A DNA stretch of 64,000 nt from Chitinophaga pinensis (lineage in GTDB: Bacteria > Bacteroidota > Bacteroidia > 2-12-FULL-35-15). The stretch covers positions 10,536 to 74,535 of the forward strand of contig CAMCYR010000010.1 in NCBI GenBank assembly GCA_945885475.1, written 5' to 3'. The notes under the pieces were generated by a model. It was not told the origin of the DNA and searched no databases. It saw nothing but the letters and a program-made list of their open reading frames with translations. Below are positions 10,276 to 20,104 of the stretch, piece after piece. Made by a program: the position numbers and the translations under genes. Every line of letters starts with the position of its first letter. The first letter of the stretch is position 1.

Positions 10276-11931
10276 TTAACTTTTTAATAACTCTTTTGCG
10301 TTACTGATCGCTGCCAATGTCGGTGTTCCTGCACTTAACATTTTCGCTATTTCTCGGATACGTTCCTCGGAGGATAATTTTTTTATATTACTGTATGTTT
10401 TGTTTTCTTTATCTTCTTTGTAAACAAACAAATGTGATTTTCCTTTACTGGCAATTTGTGGCAAGTGTGTGATGGTAATCACCTGCATGTTTTCTGCCAT
10501 CTGATTCATGATGCTTCCCACTTTATCTGCCACATCACCGGAAACGCCTGTGTCGATCTCATCAAAAATAATTGTTGGTAAGGCTGTCAGTTTCGCGATC
10601 ATCGATTTGATGCTTAGCATTAAGCGCGACAGTTCACCGCCTGATGCAACTTTGTTCAACTCTTTAAATTCGCTGCCTTTGTTTGCAGAGAATAAAAATA
10701 CAACCTTATCGAAGCCATTTACCGTTAATTGCTCGGCTTCTAATTGTTCCACTTTAATTTGTGCATTGGGCATTGATAAAGAGGAGAGGAGTGCGGCAAT
10801 TTCTTTTTCTATTTTCGGAATCGCTTTTTTGCGATTGGCTGTCATCTTTTTTGCAAACAGTACTAATGAATGCTGCAAAGCATTCAATTCCAATTTCACT
10901 TTTTCGATCTCCGTTTCCAATGAACTAAAATCAAGCAGTTTATCACTTAAGTCGTTTTTGATCGCTATTAATTCGTCAATAGTTTTTACTTGATGTTTCT
11001 GTTGCAGTCTATAAATGGCATCTAATCGGTGACCGAGTTCTTCGATACGTTTCTGATCGTAAACAATATCTTGTTCAATGGACTCCAGTTCATTTGTAAT
11101 GTCCTTTAATTCGATAAAAGAGCTAGAAAGTCGGGTGCTTAAGTCGCTGATCTCTCTTTTAAATTTCGCCATAGACGAAAGAATGATCTTTATTTCATTT
11201 AAAGATGTCAGTAGGTTTTGTTCACCACCAGTTAGTCCGAATGCCGCTTTAGAAAGATTTGATTTTATATCTTCAGCATTGTTCAGTGTTTCCAATTCTT
11301 GCTCTATTGCTAACTGTTGGTCTGGTTGCAAATTTGCATCTTCCAATTCATTGAACTGAAACTGGAAATAGTCAAGATCTTTTTTCGCCTGCGATTCTTT
11401 TTCGCTGAGTTCTTTTAACTGTTTTTCAAGTACTTTGTATTTTTTAAATCCAAGGGAATATTCTTCAAGAATTGCTGTGTGATTTGCGAAGGCATCCAAA
11501 ACAGAAAGTTGAAATGCACTGCCGTTTAATGCAGAGGTCTGATGTTGGGAATGGATATCAATCAGATATTCCGCCAACTCTTTTAATAGGTTGAGTGTAA
11601 CCGGTGTATCATTTACAAAGGCACGTGATTTTCCTTCCGGATTTATTTCTCTGCGGATGGATGTTGTTTGTTCATAATCCAATTCATTCGCAGTAAAAAA
11701 ATCTTTTAAAGCATAATCCTTAATATTGAAAAGAGCCTCTACAACGCATTTTTTCGTTTTGTCTTGAAGTGCTTGTGTGTCGGAGCGGCTTCCAGCAATC
11801 AATCCCAAGGCACCTAATAAAATGGATTTTCCGGCACCGGTTTCGCCCGTAATAATTGTAAGACCATCGGTAAACGCTACTTCGAGTTTATCTATGAGGG
11901 CATAATTTTGTATGGAAATCTGTTTCAGCAT
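10276..11931 (-). CDS. recN: DNA repair protein RecN
   Basis: Walker A GETGAGKSILLGALGL, long coiled-coil middle region and a C-terminal ABC signature region. Confidence 0.93.
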   Translation of the reverse strand: MLKQISIQNYALIDKLEVAFTDGLTIITGETGAGKSILLGALGLIAGSRSDTQALQDKTKKCVVEALFNIKDYALKDFFTANELDYEQTTSIRREINPEGKSRAFVNDTPVTLNLLKELAEYLIDIHSQHQTSALNGSAFQLSVLDAFANHTAILEEYSLGFKKYKVLEKQLKELSEKESQAKKDLDYFQFQFNELEDANLQPDQQLAIEQELETLNNAEDIKSNLSKAAFGLTGGEQNLLTSLNEIKIILSSMAKFKREISDLSTRLSSSFIELKDITNELESIEQDIVYDQKRIEELGHRLDAIYRLQQKHQVKTIDELIAIKNDLSDKLLDFSSLETEIEKVKLELNALQHSLVLFAKKMTANRKKAIPKIEKEIAALLSSLSMPNAQIKVEQLEAEQLTVNGFDKVVFLFSANKGSEFKELNKVASGGELSRLMLSIKSMIAKLTALPTIIFDEIDTGVSGDVADKVGSIMNQMAENMQVITITHLPQIASKGKSHLFVYKEDKENKTYSNIKKLSSEERIREIAKMLSAGTPTLAAISNAKELLKS

Positions 11932-12138
11932 CTGACGCTAAATTAAAATTTTTTCAGGCTGATTTTTTATTAAATACTAAAAGAAATGAACAAGGTAACA
12001 AACCGGCTAAATGATATTTTTTTTGTGCGGATCTTAGTTTTGTGCTATCTCAAGCGTATTTTATGAGATTTGCTATATTGTTGGATCAGGAAAGTTTCTT
12101 GCGCAATGATCTCAATCGGATCTGAAAGATCTTGTTTA

Positions 12139-13038
12139 TTATTGACAGGTTTGGATCTTCGTATATTTATTACTATTCGTCGGATCTATCTCGTTCAGCA
12201 TAGTTACAACCCTCGCTTTTTCATCCGAGAATCCTCCACAAAATACATTTACAATTTCATCAGCTTTGGCAATAAAAAATACCTGTAAACTAAAAGAAAG
12301 AGGTTTAACCTGATGTACTTTTTTTAATTCCTGCAAACTTTCTAAAATGACAGCTCTGCCACTTTCTTTATTTTCAGCCATAACATCAAGTCCTTTGCGG
12401 TGGTAATTATACATGCATTCGCGCAAACTCACAAAAGTTGCGTCCAACATATTGTTAACCAACCAATATCTATTTTTATTGCTATCAAATGCTTTCCAGC
12501 CTTGGTATCCCGAGCTTTGAGAATTGTTTACTACAGCCAGCGCCTTTTGAAGATAAGGTGTTCCGCCATTCAATGAAAACGAATCATAATCCAAACCGAT
12601 CAAATAAAAGGCATAGAATCCTAATATTGAAGTAAGATTAGATGTGTATGTATTTTCAACAAATTCGAGTGGTTGACTCTCTAGATATTTAAAGGTAATA
12701 TCGTTATCGTTAAAATTCAACAGTGCTGTGTTATATGATGTTTTATAAACTGGTCTCCGTGCCTGGATCTGAAGTGTCCCTCTGAATTCATCTGTCCCGA
12801 TCCTCTCCGTAATATTAATCAGAATACTACAATCGATGCGTTCCTCGATTTTAAACGTTTCATTGGTCCATTTACGCGTATTCATAAATTCAAAAATAGC
12901 GGTTCGCATCGACTCAAAAACACGTTTATCGGTACCCGCAATCTGGCTGGATAATACCTGAACCTGACAATTCAGTTCTTGTGCAAAAGATGTCTTGAAA
13001 GCACTAATAATAAAAAGGAGGATAATTAGTTTACGCAA
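12139..13038 (-). CDS. DUF4835 family secreted protein (conserved between coaBC and recN in Bacteroidota)
   Basis: Signal peptide MRKLIILLFIISAFKTSFAQ. Position and size match the conserved synteny. Confidence 0.65.
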   Translation of the reverse strand: MRKLIILLFIISAFKTSFAQELNCQVQVLSSQIAGTDKRVFESMRTAIFEFMNTRKWTNETFKIEERIDCSILINITERIGTDEFRGTLQIQARRPVYKTSYNTALLNFNDNDITFKYLESQPLEFVENTYTSNLTSILGFYAFYLIGLDYDSFSLNGGTPYLQKALAVVNNSQSSGYQGWKAFDSNKNRYWLVNNMLDATFVSLRECMYNYHRKGLDVMAENKESGRAVILESLQELKKVHQVKPLSFSLQVFFIAKADEIVNVFCGGFSDEKARVVTMLNEIDPTNSNKYTKIQTCQ

Positions 13039-13039
13039 C

Positions 13040-14242
13040 TTATTTAGATTTATAATTAAGGATCATTTTTAAAATATCTTTCGCCACATCTTCCTTGCTC
13101 TTTAACTCAAATTTAATGATTTTATTGTACTTATCGATGATGGTGATCTTGTTTGTATCGGTCTTAAATCCGGCACCTTTATCCTTGAGTGAATTAAGAA
13201 CAATTAGGTCTAAGTTTTTCTTTTTTATCTTCAACTTTGCATTTTCGATTTCATTTTCCGTTTCCAATGCAAAACCAATAAGCAATTGTTTTTTTGTTTT
13301 TAGTTTTCCTAGTTCAGCAAGTGTATCTTTTGTAGGGATTAGATCGATCACTTTTGTACCATTCGACTTTTTAATTTTCTGACTAGCCGTTTTTGATGGC
13401 TTGTAATCTGCAACAGCAGCTGAGAGTATTGCGATATCCACGTTTTTGAATGCTTTGTGCGAAACATTGAAAAGTTCATCAGCAGAGGTAATATCTACGC
13501 GATTAATATTTTTATTTATTGTTTTTAAACTGTTTGGTCCGCATACCAATGTTACCTCAGCACCTTGATTTGCAAATTCTTCAGCGATGGCAAAGCCCAT
13601 TTTGCCGCTTGAATGGTTCCCAATAAAACGGACAGGATCAATGGCTTCGTAAGTAGGACCTGCAGTCACCAATACATGCTTGCCGGTAAAAGGCAGTTTT
13701 TTAGAAAATTCTTTTTCAAGAAACGAAATAATCTCTTCCGGTTCAGCCATGCGACCTTCACCGAATAAACCGCTTGCCAATTCACCTATACCGGGCTGAA
13801 TGATCTTATTCCCGAATGATTGTAATCGCTTTAAATTATCGACAGTGCTCTTGTGTTTATACATGTCGAGATCCATTGCCGGAGCAAAATAAACAGGACA
13901 TTTTGCGGACAAATAACTTGCAAGCAACAGGTTGTCGCAGATGCCATTTGCCATTTTTGCAAGCGTATTAGCTGATGCCGGAGCAATCAGAAAAGCGTCG
14001 GCCCATAATCCGAGTTCAACATGGTTATTCCATTCACCTTGTTTATTTTTTGTAAACTCAATGAGGACAGGATTTTTTGAAAGGGTAGCGAGTGTAAGCG
14101 GAGTAATGAATTCTGTTGACGCCTCGGTCATGATAACCTTCACATTGGCACCTGATTTAACAAGCAGACGAACCAGAAATGCTGACTTATAGGCAGCAAT
14201 GCTTGCGGTGACACCAATTAATATGTTTTTATTTTTTAACAA
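13040..14242 (-). CDS. coaBC: Bifunctional phosphopantothenoylcysteine decarboxylase / phosphopantothenate-cysteine ligase
   Basis: N-terminal flavoprotein domain (KNILIGVTASIAAYKS) plus a C-terminal DFP/CoaB ligase domain (GKMGFAIAEE...). Confidence 0.93.
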   Translation of the reverse strand: MLKNKNILIGVTASIAAYKSAFLVRLLVKSGANVKVIMTEASTEFITPLTLATLSKNPVLIEFTKNKQGEWNNHVELGLWADAFLIAPASANTLAKMANGICDNLLLASYLSAKCPVYFAPAMDLDMYKHKSTVDNLKRLQSFGNKIIQPGIGELASGLFGEGRMAEPEEIISFLEKEFSKKLPFTGKHVLVTAGPTYEAIDPVRFIGNHSSGKMGFAIAEEFANQGAEVTLVCGPNSLKTINKNINRVDITSADELFNVSHKAFKNVDIAILSAAVADYKPSKTASQKIKKSNGTKVIDLIPTKDTLAELGKLKTKKQLLIGFALETENEIENAKLKIKKKNLDLIVLNSLKDKGAGFKTDTNKITIIDKYNKIIKFELKSKEDVAKDILKMILNYKSK

Positions 14243-14327
14243 ATCAGCAAAAAAAAGCAGTTCGCAATAATAAAATATTTCAGGAGAAATATGTTAAAGC
14301 GAACTGCAAATTTTATTTTATAAATTA

Positions 14328-14660
14328 TTATTTGTTTGTATCATCCACAACAGGGTTGCGGTAATAAATTTTATCGTCAAAAAATTCCTGAATAGCGATC
14401 AATGAAGGTTTTGGCAAACGCTCATAATATTTTGAAATTTCGATCTGTTCACGATTTTCAAAAATCTCTTCAAGATTATCTGTGTTTGAAGCAAACTCAG
14501 CCAATTTGTTTGTCAACTCTTCTTTCATTTCAGCGCTAATTTGGTTTGCACGTTTAGAGATAATAGCAATACTTTCATAGATATTGCCACTTTTACCATC
14601 TAAACTTCTAAGATCGCGAGTGGTAGTTGTTAAATCTGCAGTTGTTTTTTTGTAGTCCAT
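14328..14660 (-). CDS. DNA-directed RNA polymerase omega-like subunit (Bacteroidota RpoZ-like / Rpb6 family)
   Basis: NIYESIAIISKRANQISAEMKEEL resembles the RpoZ core. The position between bamD and coaBC is conserved in the phylum. Confidence 0.6.
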   Translation of the reverse strand: MDYKKTTADLTTTTRDLRSLDGKSGNIYESIAIISKRANQISAEMKEELTNKLAEFASNTDNLEEIFENREQIEISKYYERLPKPSLIAIQEFFDDKIYYRNPVVDDTNK

Positions 14661-14672
14661 TTGATAATTGAT

Positions 14673-15554
14673 TTATAATGTTGGTTTGTTATACTTTTCT
14701 AAATTTTTCAATGCGCTTGAATAAACCATTTCTGCTTGCTCAAGGTATTGACTTTTCGGGAAATTATCCAAAAATTTGATGTACCCGTCAACAGCAGACT
14801 TAAAGCGTTCTTGCTTTTTAGATTCAATGCTATTCAAGGCAAGTAAGTAATAAGAACGGATGATCAGGTAATTTAATTCTTCGACATGTTTGGAGTCAGG
14901 GAATTCTTTTAAATGAATTCCAAATGAAACAACGCAGGCCTTATAATCACTCATATTGTAATACAACATAGTGTTTTCATAAGATTTGCGTTCCAGTTTC
15001 CCTCTTAATTTATCCAAAATATCATTGCATTCCTGAATTCTTGTGCTTTCCGGGTATTGGTTAGTAAAGCGCTGAAACTCTTTTATAGCAAGCTTTGTAT
15101 CTATCTGATCCAAGCTATAATCGGGCGAATTCAGATAAAAACAATAGGCATTCATGTAGGCACATTCTTCAGCGTGTTTGCTTGAAGGGAAGTTCCTTAC
15201 AAAATTTCTGAACTGATAGCCCGCAACTATATAATCATCCAGATTGTAGTTGGAATAGGCATAGTAATAGTGCACTTCTTCTGCTTTTGACGTTCCACGG
15301 AACACACCCATCAATTCTTCAAAAAGAGTAAGAGCTCTGGTATATTCTTCTTTTTCAAAATACTTAATGGCTGCTGCGTATTTAGCATCCATATCGCTAC
15401 TTTTCACTAACTTATTAAACTTCCCTACGGTGAAATCGACGCGCTTTTTTTTAGCATTTCCTGTCGAATCGTATACCCGTTCTTTGGTATTACAAGAGAA
15501 CAAGCTGATGCCGATAAAAACTAAAAGTGTAATATAAAATTGTTTATTTCGCAT
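14673..15554 (-). CDS. bamD: Outer membrane protein assembly factor BamD (TPR lipoprotein)
   Basis: Lipobox LFSC, TPR repeats, KYFEKEEYTRALTLFEEL, and the conserved bamD-rpoZ-coaBC synteny. Confidence 0.85.
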   Translation of the reverse strand: MRNKQFYITLLVFIGISLFSCNTKERVYDSTGNAKKKRVDFTVGKFNKLVKSSDMDAKYAAAIKYFEKEEYTRALTLFEELMGVFRGTSKAEEVHYYYAYSNYNLDDYIVAGYQFRNFVRNFPSSKHAEECAYMNAYCFYLNSPDYSLDQIDTKLAIKEFQRFTNQYPESTRIQECNDILDKLRGKLERKSYENTMLYYNMSDYKACVVSFGIHLKEFPDSKHVEELNYLIIRSYYLLALNSIESKKQERFKSAVDGYIKFLDNFPKSQYLEQAEMVYSSALKNLEKYNKPTL

Positions 15555-15713
15555 ATAAAGGACTGCAAATATAAGATTTTTGACTGAAACAAGCGTAATA
15601 TTTCTGATTAATTAAGCAACCTTATTTTGTTAATTAAAATCCCTTTGAAAATAGGCTCCAAAAGCGTAATTTTGCTTCTCTAAAAAAATAAAAACAACAT
15701 CAATAACGACAAT

Positions 15714-16958
15714 ATGAAGGATTTATTTGAAAAAATAAAAGCAAATCGCGGTCCGATAGGAATGCACGCTAAAGAATCACACGGTTATTTCACGTTTCCG
15801 AAATTAGAAGGTGATATTCAGCCGCGCATGATCTTTCGTGGAAAAGAGCGTTTGAACTGGAGTTTGAACAATTATTTAGGTTTAGCAAATCATCCTGAAG
15901 TGCGTAAAGCAGATGCAGATGCAGCTGCAGCTTATGGATTTGCAATGCCGATGGGGGCTCGTATGATGAGCGGAAACTCGGATTTGCATGAGCAATTGGA
16001 GGCAGAGCTATCCACCTTCGTCAATAAAGAATCTACGATTCTTTGTAATTTCGGATACCAAGCAACCGTTTCATCAATCGACTGTTTGGTAGATCGTCAC
16101 GATGTTATTGTATATGATGCTGAATCACATGCATGTATTTTAGATGGTGTGCGTTTACACATGGGAAAACGATATGTGTTCAAACACAATGATATTGAAG
16201 ATTTTGAAAAACAAATGGTTCGTGCCACCAAATTAGCGGAAGCTCAAAATGGTTCTATACTCGTTATTACAGAAGGTGTATTCGGAATGAGCGGCAGACA
16301 AGGCAAATTAAAAGAGATCATTGAGTTGAAAAAGAAATTTAAATTCCGTTTGTTTGTTGATGATGCTCACGGTTGCGGAACAATGGGTAGCACAGGCGGC
16401 GGAACAGGGCAGGAGCAAGGTTGCCAGGATGGAATTGATATCTATTTCGGAACATTCGCAAAGTCGTTTGCCTTGATTGGTGGATTTATTTCCAGTGAAG
16501 AACAAATTGTTGAATATTTAAGATACAACATGCGTTCTCAGATATTTGCAAAAGCACTTCCTTTACCTTTGGTTGCTGGTGCTTTAAAGCGTCTGGAGCT
16601 AATGAGAAATCATCCTGAATACAAAGATAAATTGTGGGAGATCACACACGCGCTTCAAAATGGATTGAGAACGGCCGGTTTTGAGATCGGTTTAACAAAT
16701 TCTCCTGTAACGCCTGTATTAATGAATGGTTCCATTCCTGAAGCAACAAACCTGATCCTTGATCTTCGTGAAAATTTTAATATTTTCTGTTCAATGGTCG
16801 TGTATCCGGTTGTTCCGAAAGGTGTTATTATCCTTCGCTTGATTCCAACTGCTGTTCATTCAATGGACGATGTGAATTATACGATTGATGCTTTTTCTAA
16901 AATTGTTGGTAAATTAAAATCAGGACAATACATGTCTGATAAAATCGCAGTTCATTAA
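15714..16958 (+). CDS. PLP-dependent alpha-oxoamine synthase family enzyme (KBL/BioF/serine-palmitoyltransferase-like acyltransferase)
   Basis: NNYLGLANHPEV, SGYQATVSSI-like segments and the PLP-lysine region GTFAKSF. It carries an unusual GSTGGGTGQEQGCQDG insertion. Confidence 0.8.
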   Translation: MKDLFEKIKANRGPIGMHAKESHGYFTFPKLEGDIQPRMIFRGKERLNWSLNNYLGLANHPEVRKADADAAAAYGFAMPMGARMMSGNSDLHEQLEAELSTFVNKESTILCNFGYQATVSSIDCLVDRHDVIVYDAESHACILDGVRLHMGKRYVFKHNDIEDFEKQMVRATKLAEAQNGSILVITEGVFGMSGRQGKLKEIIELKKKFKFRLFVDDAHGCGTMGSTGGGTGQEQGCQDGIDIYFGTFAKSFALIGGFISSEEQIVEYLRYNMRSQIFAKALPLPLVAGALKRLELMRNHPEYKDKLWEITHALQNGLRTAGFEIGLTNSPVTPVLMNGSIPEATNLILDLRENFNIFCSMVVYPVVPKGVIILRLIPTAVHSMDDVNYTIDAFSKIVGKLKSGQYMSDKIAVH

Positions 16959-16976
16959 CCATAAAAAAATTATCAG

Positions 16977-17471
16977 ATGAAAAAAATCGTACTTCTAACC
17001 CTACTCGCAACAAGTAGTTTTACTGTTTTTGCTCAGGCAAAAAAGAAAAGTCCAATCGATGGCCGTATTTATGCAATTACCTTAACGGAAGAAGGAAAGA
17101 AAAAAGTTGAACCTATAAAAGACGATATGACTTTTGTAGCTGTAGGAAAGTTTAAAACCAACTATTTGGTGCAGGCTCAGTTCCCTCAATCGGAATATGA
17201 GTATGAAGTAGATTCAACTACGTCACCTGTTTCAATAAAATTTACTGTTGAAGCGAAAGATAGTGACAACGGAAGGTTTTCATGGGAAGGTGTTATTGAG
17301 GGAGATAATGTAACAGGTACAGCAATTATCCGTAAAAAAGGGAAGATTGTTCACTCGTACACATTTGCTGGAACTCAAAAAAACAAAAAGAAAGCGAAAC
17401 CGGCTCCGAAAGCAGCTGCGCCGACAGTTGTTGATTCAACGAAAGTAGAAGAACCTTTAAAGACAGAGTAA
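16977..17471 (+). CDS. Hypothetical secreted protein with a Lys/Ala/Pro-rich C-terminus
   Basis: Signal peptide MKKIVLLTLLATSSFTVFAQA, good coding periodicity and no recognisable domain. Confidence 0.55.
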   Translation: MKKIVLLTLLATSSFTVFAQAKKKSPIDGRIYAITLTEEGKKKVEPIKDDMTFVAVGKFKTNYLVQAQFPQSEYEYEVDSTTSPVSIKFTVEAKDSDNGRFSWEGVIEGDNVTGTAIIRKKGKIVHSYTFAGTQKNKKKAKPAPKAAAPTVVDSTKVEEPLKTE

Positions 17472-17540
17472 TTTATTTTCGTTTTAGATTGCCTCATTTC
17501 GCTCGCAACAACCTTGTTTTATTATTATTTTATAAGGTTA

Positions 17541-17755
17541 TTGACTCCGATCGAACTGACTTAGGACAAACATTTTTCTTACTTATATTAATCTCGTTCT
17601 CGACTCCGCTAGAACTGACTTAGGACAAACATTTTTCTTACTTATATTAATCTCGTTATTTACTCCGCTCGAACTGACAATCGACTCCGATCGAACTGAC
17701 TTAGGACAAACATTTTTCTTACTTAAAGGTTCTCGACTTCGAGCGGAGTCGAGAA
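17541..17755. repeat. Intergenic tandem repeat: three units of about 58 nt plus a partial copy and a terminal inverted copy
   Basis: gactccgatcgaactgacttaggacaaacatttttcttacttatattaatctcgtt repeated at 17543, 17601 and 17682. A partial copy (tactccgctcgaactgaca) lies at 17661. The inverted copy tctcgacttcgagcggagtcgaga lies at 17731-17754. Confidence 0.8.
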
Positions 17756-17756
17756 A

Positions 17757-17792
17757 TAAAAAAGCCTCCCGAAAATTCGGGAGGCTTTTTTA
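17757..17792. terminator. Bidirectional intrinsic terminator (for the csp gene on minus and the 16977 gene on plus)
   Basis: gcctcccg-aaaatt-cgggaggc 8-bp GC stem flanked by an A6 run and a T6 run. Confidence 0.85.
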
Positions 17793-17807
17793 TTAAAGCA
17801 AAATATA

Positions 17808-17996
17808 TTAAGCTCTTTTTACGTTTACCGCATTAAGCCCTTTTTTGCCTTCAGCAACATCAAACGTTACTGTGTCGTTTTCCTTGATTTTGTCTTCCAA
17901 ACCTGTTGCATGAACAAAAATTTCTTGACCTGATTCATCTTTAATAAAACCGAAACCTTTTGCTTCGTTAAAGAATTTTACTGTACCTGTTTTCAT
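17808..17996 (-). CDS. Cold-shock protein (CspA family)
   Basis: GTVKFFNEAKGFGFI RNP motifs. 62 aa. Confidence 0.93.
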   Translation of the reverse strand: MKTGTVKFFNEAKGFGFIKDESGQEIFVHATGLEDKIKENDTVTFDVAEGKKGLNAVNVKRA

Positions 17997-18131
17997 TGTA
18001 ATGTAATTTGATTGTTTTTTTAATTAATTAGGCAAATATATATCAATATTCTTAAAAAGTCAAATTATTTTAATTTATATCGGTTTTATTTTAGAAGATA
18101 TCGATAGATAAGCCTCGCTAAGCGAAACATG

Positions 18132-18806
18132 TTAGCTTCTTAAATTGCTTCTTTCCCCGAAAATAGAGCTTCCTACACGCACCAACGTGCTGCCGTTCTC
18201 AATTGCCAGCGGATAGTCAGAACTCATACCCATGCTCAAATTATTCAGTTCAACGTTGAATGCTGAAAAGCTTCTTGATTTATCATAAAAGCGTTTCAAC
18301 GACCTGAATTCATTCGCAATTTGCTCTTTTTGGCCGGTATTGGAGGCCATTCCCATAAAACCGGTGATCTTTATACTTTTTAGGACAATGAGCTCTTCTG
18401 AATTTATCAATTCTTCCGCTTCTGAAAAACTCAAACCGAATTTAGTGTCTTCATCCGCAATATAAATCTGCAATAAACAATTGATAATCCTGTTGTTTTT
18501 TTCTGCCTGTTTATTGATTTCTTGAAGTAATTTCAAACTGTCAACAGAATGTACCAAGGATATAAATGCTGCAATGTATTTGACTTTATTCGTTTGAAGA
18601 TGCCCAATCAAATGCCATTCAATGTCTTTGGGCAAGGCTTCCTGCTTTTCCACCAATTCTTGAACTTTGTTCTCTCCGAAAATCCTATGTCCTGCGTCAT
18701 ATACCTCCATCAGCTTATCAAGCGGCTGCGTTTTTGTTACCGCAATGAGCGTTACATGCGCTGGTAATGTTGATTTTATAGAGTGGAGATTCTCGCGTAT
18801 GGACAT
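18132..18806 (-). CDS. YggS family pyridoxal-phosphate homeostasis protein (PLPHP)
   Basis: LIAVTKTQPLDKLMEVYDAGHRIFGENKVQE and HLIGHLQTNKVK motifs. Confidence 0.9.
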   Translation of the reverse strand: MSIRENLHSIKSTLPAHVTLIAVTKTQPLDKLMEVYDAGHRIFGENKVQELVEKQEALPKDIEWHLIGHLQTNKVKYIAAFISLVHSVDSLKLLQEINKQAEKNNRIINCLLQIYIADEDTKFGLSFSEAEELINSEELIVLKSIKITGFMGMASNTGQKEQIANEFRSLKRFYDKSRSFSAFNVELNNLSMGMSSDYPLAIENGSTLVRVGSSIFGERSNLRS

Positions 18807-18858
18807 AGTAAATAATATGAATAGTTTAATTTTTTTTGATCCCGTATTGTGATCCGAA

Positions 18859-20103
18859 CTATTCGCTCAGACTATAGATCACCAAGCCACTTCTCATCTT
18901 CGGTTCTACCCAGGTTGTTTTCGGGGGCATAATGTTATTGGTATCTGCAATGTGTTTCAACTGTTCCATTGCAACGGGATATAATCCAAATGCTACCTTG
19001 AAATTCCATTTGTCTACCTGATTTTTCAGCTCTTTCATTCCCTTGATTCCGGAGACAAATCCAATCCGTTTGTCTGTTTTCAGATCATGAACATCTAATA
19101 CAGGAGATAGAATATGTTCGGTCAATATCGATGCATCCAGACTTCCCACCGGTTCTTCATTGTGAATGATCTCTTTTTTTGCATCCAATGAATACCATTT
19201 TCCTTCCAGATACATACTGAAATTGTGCTTTTTTGAAGGCTTGTAAAGTTCTTCTTTTTCTTCGATGATAAATTTTTCGGAAAGTTTTCCCAGAAATTCT
19301 TGTTGTGTTAAATTATTCAAATCTCTTACCACGCGGTTAAAATCAAAGATTTTTAATTGTGTTTCTGGAAAGAATACTCCTAGATAATAATTGTAAGGTT
19401 CTTGTCCTGTATATTTTGGATTTTTCGCTCTTCTCGATTTACCAAGTAATCCGGAGGAAGCCGAGCGGTGGTGGCCATCAGCAATGTAAACCGCAGGTAT
19501 TTTTGCAAATTGCTGACGGATGACTGAAACGGTGTTTGGATCGTTCACCATCCATAATTTATGCCTTACTCTGTCGGTTGTGGTGAAATCGTAAACGGCA
19601 TCCGATTGCATCGAATTGATCGTAATTTCATCAATTGCTTCATCGTTCGGATAGCTGAATAAAACAGGTTCAGCATTAAAATCACACACCTCTAAATAAT
19701 GCATTAATTTTTCCTCACGATCGGTTAATGTTTGTTCGTGAATTTTTATGACTCCGTTAAAATAATCGTCAATACTGCTACAACCAATGATACCCGTATA
19801 AATATGGCCATCTTTTAATTGCTGATAGATATAATAGGTTGGTTTTTCATCTGTCACAAAAACTTCTTCCTCAACAAATTTCAGATATTTTGTTTTCGCT
19901 TTTTGCAAACGTTCGATAGAACCCGGTTTTGATTTTTTTCCATCACTGTAATCCGGACTGATCACATGTAAGAAGGAGTAGGGGTTGCTTGCCAGCTTAT
20001 CGTGTAATTCGGCAGTATTATAGCCATCTACGGAGCGGGAAGCTACGAGATGAACTTTGTCTTTTGCAGGACGAATGCCTTTGAATGGAATAATATTCGC
20101 CAT
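18859..20103 (-). CDS. DUF1015 domain-containing protein
   Basis: N-terminal IIPFKGIRPAKDKVHLVASRSVDGY and ADGHHRSAS motifs typical of the DUF1015 family. Confidence 0.8.
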   Translation of the reverse strand: MANIIPFKGIRPAKDKVHLVASRSVDGYNTAELHDKLASNPYSFLHVISPDYSDGKKSKPGSIERLQKAKTKYLKFVEEEVFVTDEKPTYYIYQQLKDGHIYTGIIGCSSIDDYFNGVIKIHEQTLTDREEKLMHYLEVCDFNAEPVLFSYPNDEAIDEITINSMQSDAVYDFTTTDRVRHKLWMVNDPNTVSVIRQQFAKIPAVYIADGHHRSASSGLLGKSRRAKNPKYTGQEPYNYYLGVFFPETQLKIFDFNRVVRDLNNLTQQEFLGKLSEKFIIEEKEELYKPSKKHNFSMYLEGKWYSLDAKKEIIHNEEPVGSLDASILTEHILSPVLDVHDLKTDKRIGFVSGIKGMKELKNQVDKWNFKVAFGLYPVAMEQLKHIADTNNIMPPKTTWVEPKMRSGLVIYSLSE

Positions 20104-20104
20104 A

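Noticed and set aside
17541-17755. Possible CRISPR array (also considered for 56861-57316)
   Set aside because: The units are contiguous with no unique spacers, and unit lengths (58 and 152 bp) and content (rnpB 3' end, start codon) do not fit CRISPR. No cas genes are present.
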